From a virus (taxonomy: Duplodnaviria > Heunggongvirae > Uroviricota > Caudoviricetes): a DNA stretch of 64,000 bases. Both the position numbers and the translations under genes were made by a program. The notes under the pieces are model-generated. The model was not told the origin of the DNA and did no database searches. It worked only from the letters and a program-made list of their open reading frames with translations. Positions within the stretch are counted from its first letter, which is position 1. Each line of letters starts with the position of its first letter. Below are positions 9,020 through 19,201 of this stretch, one piece after another. The DNA lies in the IMG/VR virus record IMGVR_UViG_3300028888_000043, positions 233,756 to 297,755 of that record; one strand, written 5' to 3'.

Positions 9020-12000
9020 TTATTCATTTTCAATCAGGTAGTCTTCAAATGTAAGAACATCTTCTTTACTTTCAAGGATTAGATTGTCATATTCATATTC
9101 TGTATCCTCATCATATTCTTCATTGAAGAACTCTTCAATCAACAGGTCGAAGTCTGTGTAGTGTTCAAGTTCCTCATTCTTATGATTCTTATTGAAGTCC
9201 ACAGACTTGAACATCTTTCTCTTGTTGTCTGACAGGTAATCCCAGATGACCTCGACCAGATCCTTGAAGGTGTTGTGGAGTTGTTCTTCATCCTTGAAGA
9301 GATTCTTGAACCAACCCAGTTTCTCACCCTGGACACCCTGGTCTTTGAGAAGTTGTGTGAGCTGGTATTCATCATCCTTTGCAAAGGTCTTCTCCGGTCT
9401 GAAAAGGAATGGTTTGAGAACCTTGATTACATCCTTGTTGAGTTTCACATTGTTCTCTTCATCTTCCTTGTAGAGCATCTTCTTGAACTTCTTGTCATCA
9501 ACAAGTTTCTTGTAGAGTTCACCCTTCTTCAAGAGAGGAACAATCCTGATGTCAACGAAGTCATAGGTCTTCTTTCTCTTGTTTGCATCAAGGAATTTCT
9601 TGGAAGCCCTCTTGTAGTATTCCTTGTCATCACCCTTCACGAATGAAGGTTTGACAGGTTTCTTACCATTCTTTCCATCCTTCTCCCATTTTGCCACCTT
9701 CTTCTTCCAGTCATCCATAGCTTCCCTGTAAGATTCTTTGGACACCCTGTAATACTTTATGTTCTCAATGGTTGATTCATCCTTTATTGCAACCCTTGAC
9801 TTTATGTTACCATCTGCATCCTTCTTGATGGATACCTTTGATGCAAATGAACCATCAAGGAAGTCATATGCAATCTTGTTGTTTGAACTCTTGTCAGACA
9901 TAATTTCAACAAGTTCCTTCGGTGAGAAGTTACCAAGTTCAAACAATGCCTTGTTAGGCATAACCTTCTTGTCACCACCAACTATTGTTTCCCTCAAAGA
10001 GCAGTTGACTTTCTTGTCCTTTATTTCTGAATCAATGTATTTCTTACCCATACCATAAAGGACGCACTGTGATGCAAGGGTCTTCATTGTCTGACCGAGA
10101 GTCTGTCTGATGTAATCCTTTGTGTCATTGTCATTATTCTCCAAAGGTCTGAATGAGAGTCTTGAAAGGAGACCTTTCATAAAGTAAGGCTGTGGTCTCT
10201 TCCTGATTTCAACAGACTTGTTGAAGTTACATACATCAGCAGCCATCATTGTGAGTGTGTCAAAGATTACACCTATACCCACATTCTTTTCCTCTTCCTT
10301 GTCACTGTCAGATTCGGATTCGGATTCAGAACCTTCATCATCCTTGAGTTTGTCTTCCTTATGACCAGTATCATCATTGACCCTGATATAGAAAGCGATA
10401 TATTGAGGTTCTTCAATCTTCTTTCCCTCTTTCTCTTCCTTTTCCTCCTTGCTTTCATTGACCTCATTGTCACCAAACAATGACTTGTACTCATCCCAGG
10501 CATTCTTGTGAAGAGTCTTCAATGTGTCAAATGCAGGACTTGTTTCCTCAATGTCTTCTTCTTTAAGCATTTCAACCTTGTCAACCACATAAGCTGCGGA
10601 TCCTCTTGTTGAAGATGCAAAGCGGAGTTTGTATTCACCCCATTTCTTGTCATCAAAGAATGGCATCACCATAGGAAGGAAAGGTACATTAGGTGCAAGG
10701 GCATCAAACATACCATCAATCTTTGTGGTTACTGTGATGATGTCAGCGATAGAACCTGTACCATAGGTGTGGAGTTGGAGGGTGTCCAGATCCTTTCCTG
10801 CAAATTCAGCAGCCTTCTGGAAAATCTTATGTGCCCATTCCTTATTGACACCGGTAAGATAGGAAGCAAAACCATACTGACCGCCAGATGTGGCCTGTGT
10901 TGCTGTTGAACCGAGTGTTCCAAGGATGGCTGATTCAGGGAGTTGGTCTTTATAGAACTCCATTGCCTTGATGATTGGTCCGGAACCACCCCACTTTGAG
11001 GTATCAAACACATTGACCAGAGGAAGGTTTGCATTGTCCTTGAATACTGAAAGAGCATCATAGACGGCAGATGTACCTTCTGCATCATTAGGTGCTGAAA
11101 GGAACTGTTCAAGGGCATTGACATTGGCATCTGATGCACCAGGCATATCCTTTACAGCGGCAATGACATCATCCTTTGATTTGATGAGGTCATTTCCCCT
11201 GAAGTCACCACCATAGTTTTTCAATTGTTCACTGACCTCACTGAAACCACCTTCCTGGAATGCAGCCTTTGGACTTATCTTCTTGGTGATGTTATATACA
11301 AATTCACCAAACTTACTCATATCATCACCACCAGTCCATCCCATAGTGTTGCAGATTTCTCTCATAAGTGGGCCGAAGGTCTTGATGAAGGTTGCCATAC
11401 TGAACACATTGGCAATGAGTGCCAGGCCAAAGAAGATAGCAGTCTTCTTGTTAAAGAACCTTTCACCTTCTTTCCTTTCCCTGTTTCTTCTATAAATGAG
11501 TTTCAGCATACCGATACCATTCCAGGTCACACCTACCAATGCTGCGATGAATGTTGCGAGAGCACCGCCAAGTCCGGCAAGAAGGAGAACCTTCGGAAGA
11601 AGCCATACAATGAGAGATGCACAGATACCAATAAGGAGGCACTTCCACCAACTCATCTTTGTGCCGTCAGATTTGTAACCGGCAAGCCAGGCAATGAACT
11701 TATTGTCAACTATTGATTCTTCAAGATAAGATTCAGTCATCAACTTGGTTGCATTCTCCTTATCCTTGGAAAGCATTGCCTCAACCCTTAAAATGATATT
11801 GTTGATGAATGACCTTTCTGATCTCTTTTCTGCATTCTTGTAGATACCTTCTGAATCCTCAAGGTCAATGGTGGCGGGTTCTTCACCTTCTTCCATTTTG
11901 AGACCTCCAAGTTTCTTGACGACATCGACAAGGTTGTCACCAAGTGATGTGAACACATCAAGAATCTTGTCAATGAATTTCTGGATAGTGTCTACACCCT

Positions 12001-12592
12001 TCTTTACAATGTCATTTACCAGTTCTTTTAGAGCATTGTATTTCTCCTCAAAGTCTTTCTTTGCTTCCTTGGCCCAGGTAACAAGATCATCCTTCTTTGC
12101 CTTGACCACATCAACAGTCTTCACAGAGATGTCCTTTGCTCCATTGATGACACTTTTTGTCACATTGATGAGACCTTCCTTACCTTTCTTCAAGAGGTCT
12201 TTGAGTTTACCTTCATCAAGTGAAAGTGTATTGGCAAGTGTTTCAGAATCATATTCAACACCTTCTTCAAGGACTGAATCCTGATTGATGATTGCCTCAT
12301 AGATGGAAAGTTCATCCTTCATATTTTCCTCAAACTGATTGAGCATTTCATTGAAGATACAAGAGGCTGCAATTTTTTCCTCCCTGTTGAAGCGGATGTC
12401 TTTCCTGTATGCCTTTTTTGCAGATTCATTGAGACTACTTGATTCAAGAGCAATATTCCTTTTCACAAAGAAAGTGAGTTTGTCCATCATGGAAGCAATG
12501 GCATCAGAATATTGGTGAGATTCATTTAACTGTCCCAGCTCATTGAAATTGATATCAGAGATAGACTGATAATCTCTAAATGTTAAAATCAT
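9020..12592 (-). CDS. Large late protein with a transmembrane cluster, putative internal-head/ejection protein
   Basis: 1190 aa; late promoter at 12623; hydrophobic helices (CLLIGICASLIVWLLPKVLLLAGLGGALATFIAALVGV; AIFFGLALIANVF); several xNE motifs. Confidence 0.55.
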   Translation of the reverse strand: MILTFRDYQSISDINFNELGQLNESHQYSDAIASMMDKLTFFVKRNIALESSSLNESAKKAYRKDIRFNREEKIAASCIFNEMLNQFEENMKDELSIYEAIINQDSVLEEGVEYDSETLANTLSLDEGKLKDLLKKGKEGLINVTKSVINGAKDISVKTVDVVKAKKDDLVTWAKEAKKDFEEKYNALKELVNDIVKKGVDTIQKFIDKILDVFTSLGDNLVDVVKKLGGLKMEEGEEPATIDLEDSEGIYKNAEKRSERSFINNIILRVEAMLSKDKENATKLMTESYLEESIVDNKFIAWLAGYKSDGTKMSWWKCLLIGICASLIVWLLPKVLLLAGLGGALATFIAALVGVTWNGIGMLKLIYRRNRERKEGERFFNKKTAIFFGLALIANVFSMATFIKTFGPLMREICNTMGWTGGDDMSKFGEFVYNITKKISPKAAFQEGGFSEVSEQLKNYGGDFRGNDLIKSKDDVIAAVKDMPGASDANVNALEQFLSAPNDAEGTSAVYDALSVFKDNANLPLVNVFDTSKWGGSGPIIKAMEFYKDQLPESAILGTLGSTATQATSGGQYGFASYLTGVNKEWAHKIFQKAAEFAGKDLDTLQLHTYGTGSIADIITVTTKIDGMFDALAPNVPFLPMVMPFFDDKKWGEYKLRFASSTRGSAAYVVDKVEMLKEEDIEETSPAFDTLKTLHKNAWDEYKSLFGDNEVNESKEEKEEKEGKKIEEPQYIAFYIRVNDDTGHKEDKLKDDEGSESESESDSDKEEEKNVGIGVIFDTLTMMAADVCNFNKSVEIRKRPQPYFMKGLLSRLSFRPLENNDNDTKDYIRQTLGQTMKTLASQCVLYGMGKKYIDSEIKDKKVNCSLRETIVGGDKKVMPNKALFELGNFSPKELVEIMSDKSSNNKIAYDFLDGSFASKVSIKKDADGNIKSRVAIKDESTIENIKYYRVSKESYREAMDDWKKKVAKWEKDGKNGKKPVKPSFVKGDDKEYYKRASKKFLDANKRKKTYDFVDIRIVPLLKKGELYKKLVDDKKFKKMLYKEDEENNVKLNKDVIKVLKPFLFRPEKTFAKDDEYQLTQLLKDQGVQGEKLGWFKNLFKDEEQLHNTFKDLVEVIWDYLSDNKRKMFKSVDFNKNHKNEELEHYTDFDLLIEEFFNEEYDEDTEYEYDNLILESKEDVLTFEDYLIENE

Positions 12593-12689
12593 ATCTTTTA
12601 TCTTATTATATAAAGTATAAGTTATTTATGGATTCCCAGAAATATCCTATGTTTTTTGTTATTTTTATGCTGATAAGATTTGCTTTATT

Positions 12690-12956
12690 ATGAGAAATAT
12701 TGACAAGGATAAAGTAGAGGTAAAATACATCACCGGTCTCAACAAATGTTTACCTGGGTATCCTAAACCCTTGGACATACTGTATGAGAGTTGTATTGAA
12801 AGTGCAGACAGTAACCTTTTTTCAGAAGCCAAAATGGAAAACAAGTATAACCTGGATGAAGAGGGAATTTCAAAGATTATTGAAACCCTTGAAAGTCAGG
12901 GTTATATCAAGAAAAATAATACAAGATATAAAATCATCAACACACCATGGGATTAA
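12690..12956 (+). CDS. Small winged-helix-like protein
   Basis: ISKIIETLESQGYIKKNNTRYKI resembles a wHTH recognition helix plus wing; overlaps helicase start. Confidence 0.5.
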   Translation: MRNIDKDKVEVKYITGLNKCLPGYPKPLDILYESCIESADSNLFSEAKMENKYNLDEEGISKIIETLESQGYIKKNNTRYKIINTPWD

Positions 12957-14284
12957 AGACAAGTATAGACCAGGAGAAAATAATCTTTGCACATGCATTG
13001 AAGAAACCCCAATATCTTATGTATATGGGGGGAGACTTTTTTACCAATCCTGAACTCCAGTATCTGGCCAACAATGCAAAGCTGTTCTTTCAGGAATACA
13101 AGGAATCTCCTACTTGCGAGCAGATGAAATCCATTATCAAGGGTGACAAGAAAGAACTGTCACCAGAGATTGTGGACAGTCTGTATGACATAGAGATTTC
13201 AGCATATGAAAGTGAGTGGCTTTCCAATATCACGGAAGGGTGGATCCGTTTCAGGACACTGAACCACAATATGTTCGCTGCTGCTACCCTTATGAAGACC
13301 ACAGACATCTCACTTGAAAATGTCAATGAGATTGTGGAGAAGGCTGCATCTATGGTTGGTGATACCAACCTACTTAACTTTGACAGGGATCTTGGTGATG
13401 ACTTCTGGGATGTTGATAGTCACAGGAATCTGAAAGCGGAGAAAGTACCATCAAGTTGGGAATACTGGAACAAGGTTTCACATGGCGGTCTTGACAGGAA
13501 GACTCTTACCTGTTATATTGGAGGCACCAATGTTGGTAAGTCCATCATCCTTTGTAATGAGGCTGCCAACTATGTGAGGATGGGTAAGAATGTTCTGTTT
13601 GTCACTTGTGAGATGGCAAAGGAGAAGGTGACCAGACGTATTTCTGCCAACCTGTTTGATATGAACTTGGAGGACTATGACAAACTGGTTGAGAACCCTG
13701 CCAAGGTCAAGAAGAAGATAAATAATTTCAGGAGTTCCAGTTTCTTTGAACCAGGTAAACTTCGTATCAAGGAACTACCTACTGGTCAGGGTACAGTCCT
13801 GGATGTTGAGAGATATATCAAGGAGGTTGAGGAGACATATAAGTATAAGGTGGATGTTGTCATCATTGACTATATCAACATTATGTGTAACTACCGTCAA
13901 CCCAACTCTGAGAACACTTATTTGAAAATCAAGACTCTGGCAGAGGATTTGAGAGGTCTTGCAGTCAAGTATGATGTACTTATGATTACTGCATCCCAGA
14001 TTGGTAGGAGTGCCCTTGACAGTTCTGACATCAATATCACCGATGTGTCCGAGTCAATGGGACTCATGCACACTGTTGACAACTGTATCGGTATCATCCA
14101 GACAGAAGAGATGAGAATAGGGGAACTGATTGAAGGTGTTGCTGTTCCATATTATTGGTTCAAGATTCTGAAAATCAGGGAAGGTGAAGGAAAGGACACA
14201 AAGTTCAGGGTTGACATTGCATATAACAAGATGAAACTCATTGAAAGAACTGATTGTGTCAATACAAATGAACATATTGCTTAA
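12947..14284 (+). CDS. Replicative DnaB-like helicase (T4 gp41-like)
   Basis: Walker A GGTNVGKS, TCEM, IIDYINIM, TASQIGR, SESMG, KIREG. Confidence 0.92.
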   Translation: MGLKTSIDQEKIIFAHALKKPQYLMYMGGDFFTNPELQYLANNAKLFFQEYKESPTCEQMKSIIKGDKKELSPEIVDSLYDIEISAYESEWLSNITEGWIRFRTLNHNMFAAATLMKTTDISLENVNEIVEKAASMVGDTNLLNFDRDLGDDFWDVDSHRNLKAEKVPSSWEYWNKVSHGGLDRKTLTCYIGGTNVGKSIILCNEAANYVRMGKNVLFVTCEMAKEKVTRRISANLFDMNLEDYDKLVENPAKVKKKINNFRSSSFFEPGKLRIKELPTGQGTVLDVERYIKEVEETYKYKVDVVIIDYINIMCNYRQPNSENTYLKIKTLAEDLRGLAVKYDVLMITASQIGRSALDSSDINITDVSESMGLMHTVDNCIGIIQTEEMRIGELIEGVAVPYYWFKILKIREGEGKDTKFRVDIAYNKMKLIERTDCVNTNEHIA

Positions 14285-14287
14285 TAT

Positions 14288-15403
14288 ATGGTTGAAGTAA
14301 AGATTGGAAACAAGAGAAAGGATTTGTCCAACTGTCTGTTTGTAAGGTCAAACACAAGTAATATTGATCCGGACTATTGGTATGCGGAACTGTTTGACAA
14401 TTTTCCTATATATCAGGTTGCTGTTGAAATAGACAGGGAGGATGATGAAGAAGATTTTGACATTTACAACAAGATATTTGAAGACCTTGTTACTTCCGGT
14501 GAGTTCACTCCATTGAAGTGTGAGTACAGCAGGGACAAGAAAAAGGATGAGAATGGTGATGTTTCAAAATATGAAACTTATTCCGACAGATATTATATTG
14601 TACACAATGAAGAACCGTTTATGATTCTTTATGAATTTGGTTCACTTACTGTCACTTCATATCTTGGTGTGGATAAACTCAATGCCTTTGTTGAAAAATA
14701 TCTGATGAAGTACAGTCAGGATTATGAGAGTGTGAAGTGCAGTATCATTGTAAAGGACTCCAAACTGTATCTTGAAGAGTTTGATATTGACATCAAGGGT
14801 GACCTTGACTTTGATATGTACAACAAGGGATTTGACAAGGTACATAAGACCATTGTTGATTCAATAAAGAATGATAACAATGGACTTTACTTCCTGTATG
14901 GAAAGGCAGGTACAGGAAAGACAACATATATCAGGCATCTCATCAAGGAGTGTGGGACTGATAAGAGGAAGTTCATCTATGTTCCAACCAAGTTATTTGA
15001 GGATTTCACTGATCCTGGTATCCTCCCATTCCTTATGGAGAACAAGGGTTGTGTCTATATCATCGAGGACTGTGAAAGTCTGGTGACTATTGATGACGGG
15101 ATGAGGAATGAAAGCATTGCAGACCTACTCAATATGACAGACGGACTTCTTGCGGATGCTCTGAATATCAAGATTATCTGTACTTTCAACAGTGATTATG
15201 ACAAGATTGACAATGCCCTTTTGAGACCAGGAAGATGCAGGTGCAAGTATGAGTTTGACCTGTTGGACAAGGATAGGGCGAACAAGGTTGCCAAGAAACT
15301 GAATTTGAAGAAAGTTGACAAGGATGTCTCTTTGGCGGAACTTTTCAATCCTGATATAGAGAAGTTTGAAGAAAAGAAGAAGAGGATTGGATTTTCCAAT
15401 TAA
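14288..15403 (+). CDS. AAA+ ATPase
   Basis: GKAGTGKT, IIEDCE, LLNMTDG, ALLRPGR, C-terminal RIGF. Confidence 0.88.
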   Translation: MVEVKIGNKRKDLSNCLFVRSNTSNIDPDYWYAELFDNFPIYQVAVEIDREDDEEDFDIYNKIFEDLVTSGEFTPLKCEYSRDKKKDENGDVSKYETYSDRYYIVHNEEPFMILYEFGSLTVTSYLGVDKLNAFVEKYLMKYSQDYESVKCSIIVKDSKLYLEEFDIDIKGDLDFDMYNKGFDKVHKTIVDSIKNDNNGLYFLYGKAGTGKTTYIRHLIKECGTDKRKFIYVPTKLFEDFTDPGILPFLMENKGCVYIIEDCESLVTIDDGMRNESIADLLNMTDGLLADALNIKIICTFNSDYDKIDNALLRPGRCRCKYEFDLLDKDRANKVAKKLNLKKVDKDVSLAELFNPDIEKFEEKKKRIGFSN

Positions 15404-15407
15404 AATA

Positions 15408-15439
15408 TTTGGAAATACCACAAAAATGTTGTATATTTG
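15408..15439 (+). promoter_or_regulatory. Bacteroidetes primary-sigma promoter
   Basis: TTTG(15408-15411)-N20-TATATTTG(15432-15439). Confidence 0.8.
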
Positions 15440-15456
15440 TAGTAGAAATCTGAGTT

Positions 15457-16248
15457 ATGAGAATTATTGATAATAAGAAAGACTACTATGATTACCTGGC
15501 AGGTGTCTGGGGAATAGATGAGTATATCACCTATGATCGTAGAAACTCCAAGCGCCTGTTCAATAAGGCCGGAGACATAATGTCAGACAGATACCCTATG
15601 GGTTATGGTAATATCTTCTGCCCTTGGAAGAATGGGAATGACCCCAAGAGAGAGGGATATCCTGTTGAGATTTATGACTGGGATAACGGTATACCCAACC
15701 AGGGTTGGAGATACAGGAAATATGGTAATGGCTGGGCTCCCCAGAATTCCCAGAAGTTCCCTGATGCCTATAATGTGAAAACCAATTTCTTCACCATCAT
15801 CATCGGTTCTGTCGTCTATGATTTCATCGTGTATCGTGTCCTTCAGAACCAGACAGACAAGGAGGTGAAGATTATACCAAAACTCTGGAAAAAATACACC
15901 ATCAACAGGTCATTGACTGAATCCAAGGCACCAATCCTGATTGGTGATTTGTACTATGACAAGAGGAACATTCGTTGGAGGTCTTGTTTTGACAGGGATG
16001 AGGAATATTATAGGCATCTCTCACAGTTTGGTTATGTAAAACCTGGCAACAATGGTGAGTATATGGAGAATCCAATCCTGGATGGTACTTGGATTCCTTC
16101 TATGATTCCTGCAACGGAAGTATGGAACAATATCACTGATTATCTCCTGTCCATCAAGGAACCGAAGATTGTTGATAACAGGACTGATGTCCAGCATCTG
16201 GAGTCCCATGGATTTGATAAGAAGACTTCTTTCAGAAATGTGAAGTAA
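15457..16248 (+). CDS. Hypothetical early protein
   Basis: 263-aa ORF after early promoter; N-terminal KDYYDY, C-terminal HGFDKKTSFR. Confidence 0.7.
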   Translation: MRIIDNKKDYYDYLAGVWGIDEYITYDRRNSKRLFNKAGDIMSDRYPMGYGNIFCPWKNGNDPKREGYPVEIYDWDNGIPNQGWRYRKYGNGWAPQNSQKFPDAYNVKTNFFTIIIGSVVYDFIVYRVLQNQTDKEVKIIPKLWKKYTINRSLTESKAPILIGDLYYDKRNIRWRSCFDRDEEYYRHLSQFGYVKPGNNGEYMENPILDGTWIPSMIPATEVWNNITDYLLSIKEPKIVDNRTDVQHLESHGFDKKTSFRNVK

Positions 16249-16332
16249 ACTTTATCCATAATCTTTTTTCTTTGTTGTTTTTCTCCCATCTATAAATACT
16301 TATAGGTGGGAGGTTTTTTATATAGTTAAGTT

Positions 16333-17172
16333 ATGGATTTTCAACCGATAATCAAGTGGGTGGGAAGTAAAAGAATTCAAAGTGAAGAGATAATATCTTA
16401 CTTCCCTGATTATATCAGCACATATTATGAACCGTTTTGTGGGGGATGTTCTGTCCTCTTCCAGCTCCTCAAATCCAAAAATCATCAGGTAAACAGGTAT
16501 GTCTGTTCTGACATCAATGGTGATTTGATAGACCTGTGGAACACCATCAAGAGAGATCCTGATGGTCTTTTCGATGAGTACACAAGGATGTGGACTGAGA
16601 TGCATGGGATGGAAGACAGACAGGATATGAGGAGGTATTTTGAGATGGTCAGGGAGGAATTCAATCAGACCAGGAGTCCTTATTGTTATTTCTTCCTGAT
16701 GAGGACATGTACCAATGGTATTCCAAGATACAACAAGTATGGAGAGTTCAACAATTCATTTCATATCACCAGGGATGGTATCAAACCGAAGAGACTCAAA
16801 AAGGTGATAGATTACTGGAGCGGGGCATTGAACAAGAGCAATGTTATATTTAAAAGGTGTGATTACAGAATGATGCTGGAAGCAATGGACCTGGATGATT
16901 TTGCTTATCTTGACCCACCTTATGAGATGACCAGGAGTACAGGAAAGTACTTTGGAAAAATTGATTATTTTGACTTGTTTGACAGGATTAGAGTCCTTGC
17001 TGACAGGGGAATACATTTCAGTTTGAGTTTTGATCCGAAGGATGAGATGTTGATGGTCCCGGAAGACTGTTATGAGAACATGGTGAATATTGCAACCAGG
17101 CCTGGTGGATACAGGAGAACCCTGTTGAAGATGGATAATAAGGACAAGTATGAAAATTTGTACATCAACTGA
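16333..17172 (+). CDS. Dam-family (D12 class) DNA adenine methyltransferase
   Basis: IKWVGSK, YEPFCGG, SDINGDL, YLDPPY. Confidence 0.9.
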   Translation: MDFQPIIKWVGSKRIQSEEIISYFPDYISTYYEPFCGGCSVLFQLLKSKNHQVNRYVCSDINGDLIDLWNTIKRDPDGLFDEYTRMWTEMHGMEDRQDMRRYFEMVREEFNQTRSPYCYFFLMRTCTNGIPRYNKYGEFNNSFHITRDGIKPKRLKKVIDYWSGALNKSNVIFKRCDYRMMLEAMDLDDFAYLDPPYEMTRSTGKYFGKIDYFDLFDRIRVLADRGIHFSLSFDPKDEMLMVPEDCYENMVNIATRPGGYRRTLLKMDNKDKYENLYIN

Positions 17173-17215
17173 TGTTTCATAAATACCTTATATTATATAA
17201 CTACAACAATAAGAT

Positions 17216-19171
17216 ATGATAAAAAAGTTCAAAAATTTTGACGTTGATGAATATCTTGAAAATAAGAATGCTGTCAGAGAAGCAGTAGAAGATGTCGTTG
17301 ATGATGAGACTCCTGCCGCAGAGGTGAAGGAAGAAGATGTCATTGATGGTGTTGCTGTTTATGACAATCCATTCATATTGAAGATTTCAAATATTGTAGG
17401 TAAGAAGTTGAAATCGGCTGGTATCGGTGAGTTCGGTATCTACCATGATGTTGTTTATCTGAATGGTGTTCCTGGTGTCTGGTTCTATGGTTTGGATGAT
17501 AATCAGAAGAATATCGTCTGCTGCCGTGACACTAATGTGAAGACCATTTCTATTTTCAATGAGTTTGACATTAATGGTACTTACAGTGCATTGGTTACAT
17601 ATACTACTCAGAAACTTGGTTTCAAGGACATGCTTGACCAGTTGGTTGATGACTTGAAACAGAGTGCTGGTGTCAATGAGGAATTTATCAATGAGGCAAC
17701 CAGATATGGTGATGGTTATACCATTGATTATGTAAGAAGGTTTGAAAAACTTTCCACTGATGACAAGAATTTTGTCTATCAGTTCATCCGTGATTTCGGT
17801 AAGAAGAGAGCCATTGATGAGTTCTATGATTTGATTTCAAGTTCTGACCCACAGGCAACAAGAATTCTTAAAACATATGTTGGCAAGGATTTGTCTGCCG
17901 GCGATGGTCAGTCAAGGTATCTTATGAGTCTTGCAGACCATGTTGTAAGTGCTGCATCTGGTGCAGTTCCTACTGCTGGTTCATTCAAGAAGGCCATTGA
18001 TGATGGTGTCCTTGACAACCTTATTTCAGAATACAAGGGTGCCGGTCCTGCCATTGTCACATCTTCCGGTGATGAATTTGAAGTTGCAGATGATGATGCT
18101 ACTTTGGATCTCATCGCAACCCGTGAGGCAGCGAAGAAAAAGGCATTGGAAGAGGATACCAAGAAGTATGAGAAGACCCTCAGGAAATTGAGAATTATGA
18201 CAGAGGCAATGTGCCATTATGTAAAACAGAATGGTAAGTTGGATGAAGATGACCAGTCTGCTATGATTAAGAGAGGTATCTTCCTCACAGGTAAGGGTGG
18301 TATCGGTAAGTCATATACAGTTGAACAGTGTCTTGAAGAGAACCATATGGTCCAGGGTCGTGACTATGTGAACATCAGTAGCGGTTCAACCACAGCAGAG
18401 AGTATCTTCAATTATCTCTATCAGTACAATGACAAACTCATCATCTTTGATGACTCCCCGGATTTGTTCTCTGAACCAAAGAAGATTGCTGTTTGGAAGT
18501 CAGCCCTTCAGTCAGATGGTACTGAATCACTTGTTTCCTATCCTCTTCAGAACACCAAGGATACAACATCCAAGTTGTACAGGACTGGTGCCATCACAAG
18601 ACAGGACAGGTACTTCAAGGAGATGGGTCGTAAATCCACGACAGAGAAGATTGCCTATGAAGAGAAGAGACTTAAGGAACTCCAGAAGGAACTTGGTAAG
18701 GACTATGACAAGTCAACAGCCAAGTTGATGGTTGCCGATGAGTGGAAGGAACTCCAGGCAGAGACTGTTCCTTTGATGCCGGACAGATATGTATATAATG
18801 GTGTTGTCATTGTTATTGGTAATGATACCAGGGAAGTATTGAGAAAGACTGTCGGTGAGGGTCACTGGAGTGCAATTGTTGACCGTTTCCAGGATTTTGA
18901 CCTTTCTCCTATGTCAGAGTCTGTATGGGAGGTTATCAAGAAGAAGATTATGGATGAATATGGTAATACCAAGATTCCTGATTCTCTCTGTATCATTCCA
19001 AGAGATCTCACAGAAGAATTTGTTGAAGAGGTTGACAAGTTGATTGTACAACCACAGTACAAGACAATGACTTGGCGTGTCATCAAGGCTTACAGTAAGA
19101 AACTTCGTGGTAAGTATGGTCTTGAGGATTGGAAGGAAGACCTCAAGAATGACATGAACACCAATAAGTAA
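17216..19171 (+). CDS. Late P-loop/AAA-like ATPase
   Basis: GKGGIGKS, IIFDDS; late promoter 17178. Confidence 0.75.
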   Translation: MIKKFKNFDVDEYLENKNAVREAVEDVVDDETPAAEVKEEDVIDGVAVYDNPFILKISNIVGKKLKSAGIGEFGIYHDVVYLNGVPGVWFYGLDDNQKNIVCCRDTNVKTISIFNEFDINGTYSALVTYTTQKLGFKDMLDQLVDDLKQSAGVNEEFINEATRYGDGYTIDYVRRFEKLSTDDKNFVYQFIRDFGKKRAIDEFYDLISSSDPQATRILKTYVGKDLSAGDGQSRYLMSLADHVVSAASGAVPTAGSFKKAIDDGVLDNLISEYKGAGPAIVTSSGDEFEVADDDATLDLIATREAAKKKALEEDTKKYEKTLRKLRIMTEAMCHYVKQNGKLDEDDQSAMIKRGIFLTGKGGIGKSYTVEQCLEENHMVQGRDYVNISSGSTTAESIFNYLYQYNDKLIIFDDSPDLFSEPKKIAVWKSALQSDGTESLVSYPLQNTKDTTSKLYRTGAITRQDRYFKEMGRKSTTEKIAYEEKRLKELQKELGKDYDKSTAKLMVADEWKELQAETVPLMPDRYVYNGVVIVIGNDTREVLRKTVGEGHWSAIVDRFQDFDLSPMSESVWEVIKKKIMDEYGNTKIPDSLCIIPRDLTEEFVEEVDKLIVQPQYKTMTWRVIKAYSKKLRGKYGLEDWKEDLKNDMNTNK

Positions 19172-19201
19172 TAAATATAAAAGATATAACTATTAGATAT
19201 T

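Noticed and set aside
7761-14284. Inteins or introns in UvsX or the helicase
   Set aside because: Lengths are ordinary and no intein terminal motifs or frame breaks were seen
16283-16318. TATAAATA as a late promoter for the Dam-family gene
   Set aside because: It lies within a hairpin followed by a T-tract that looks like a terminator, and differs from the CATAAATA consensus; ambiguous
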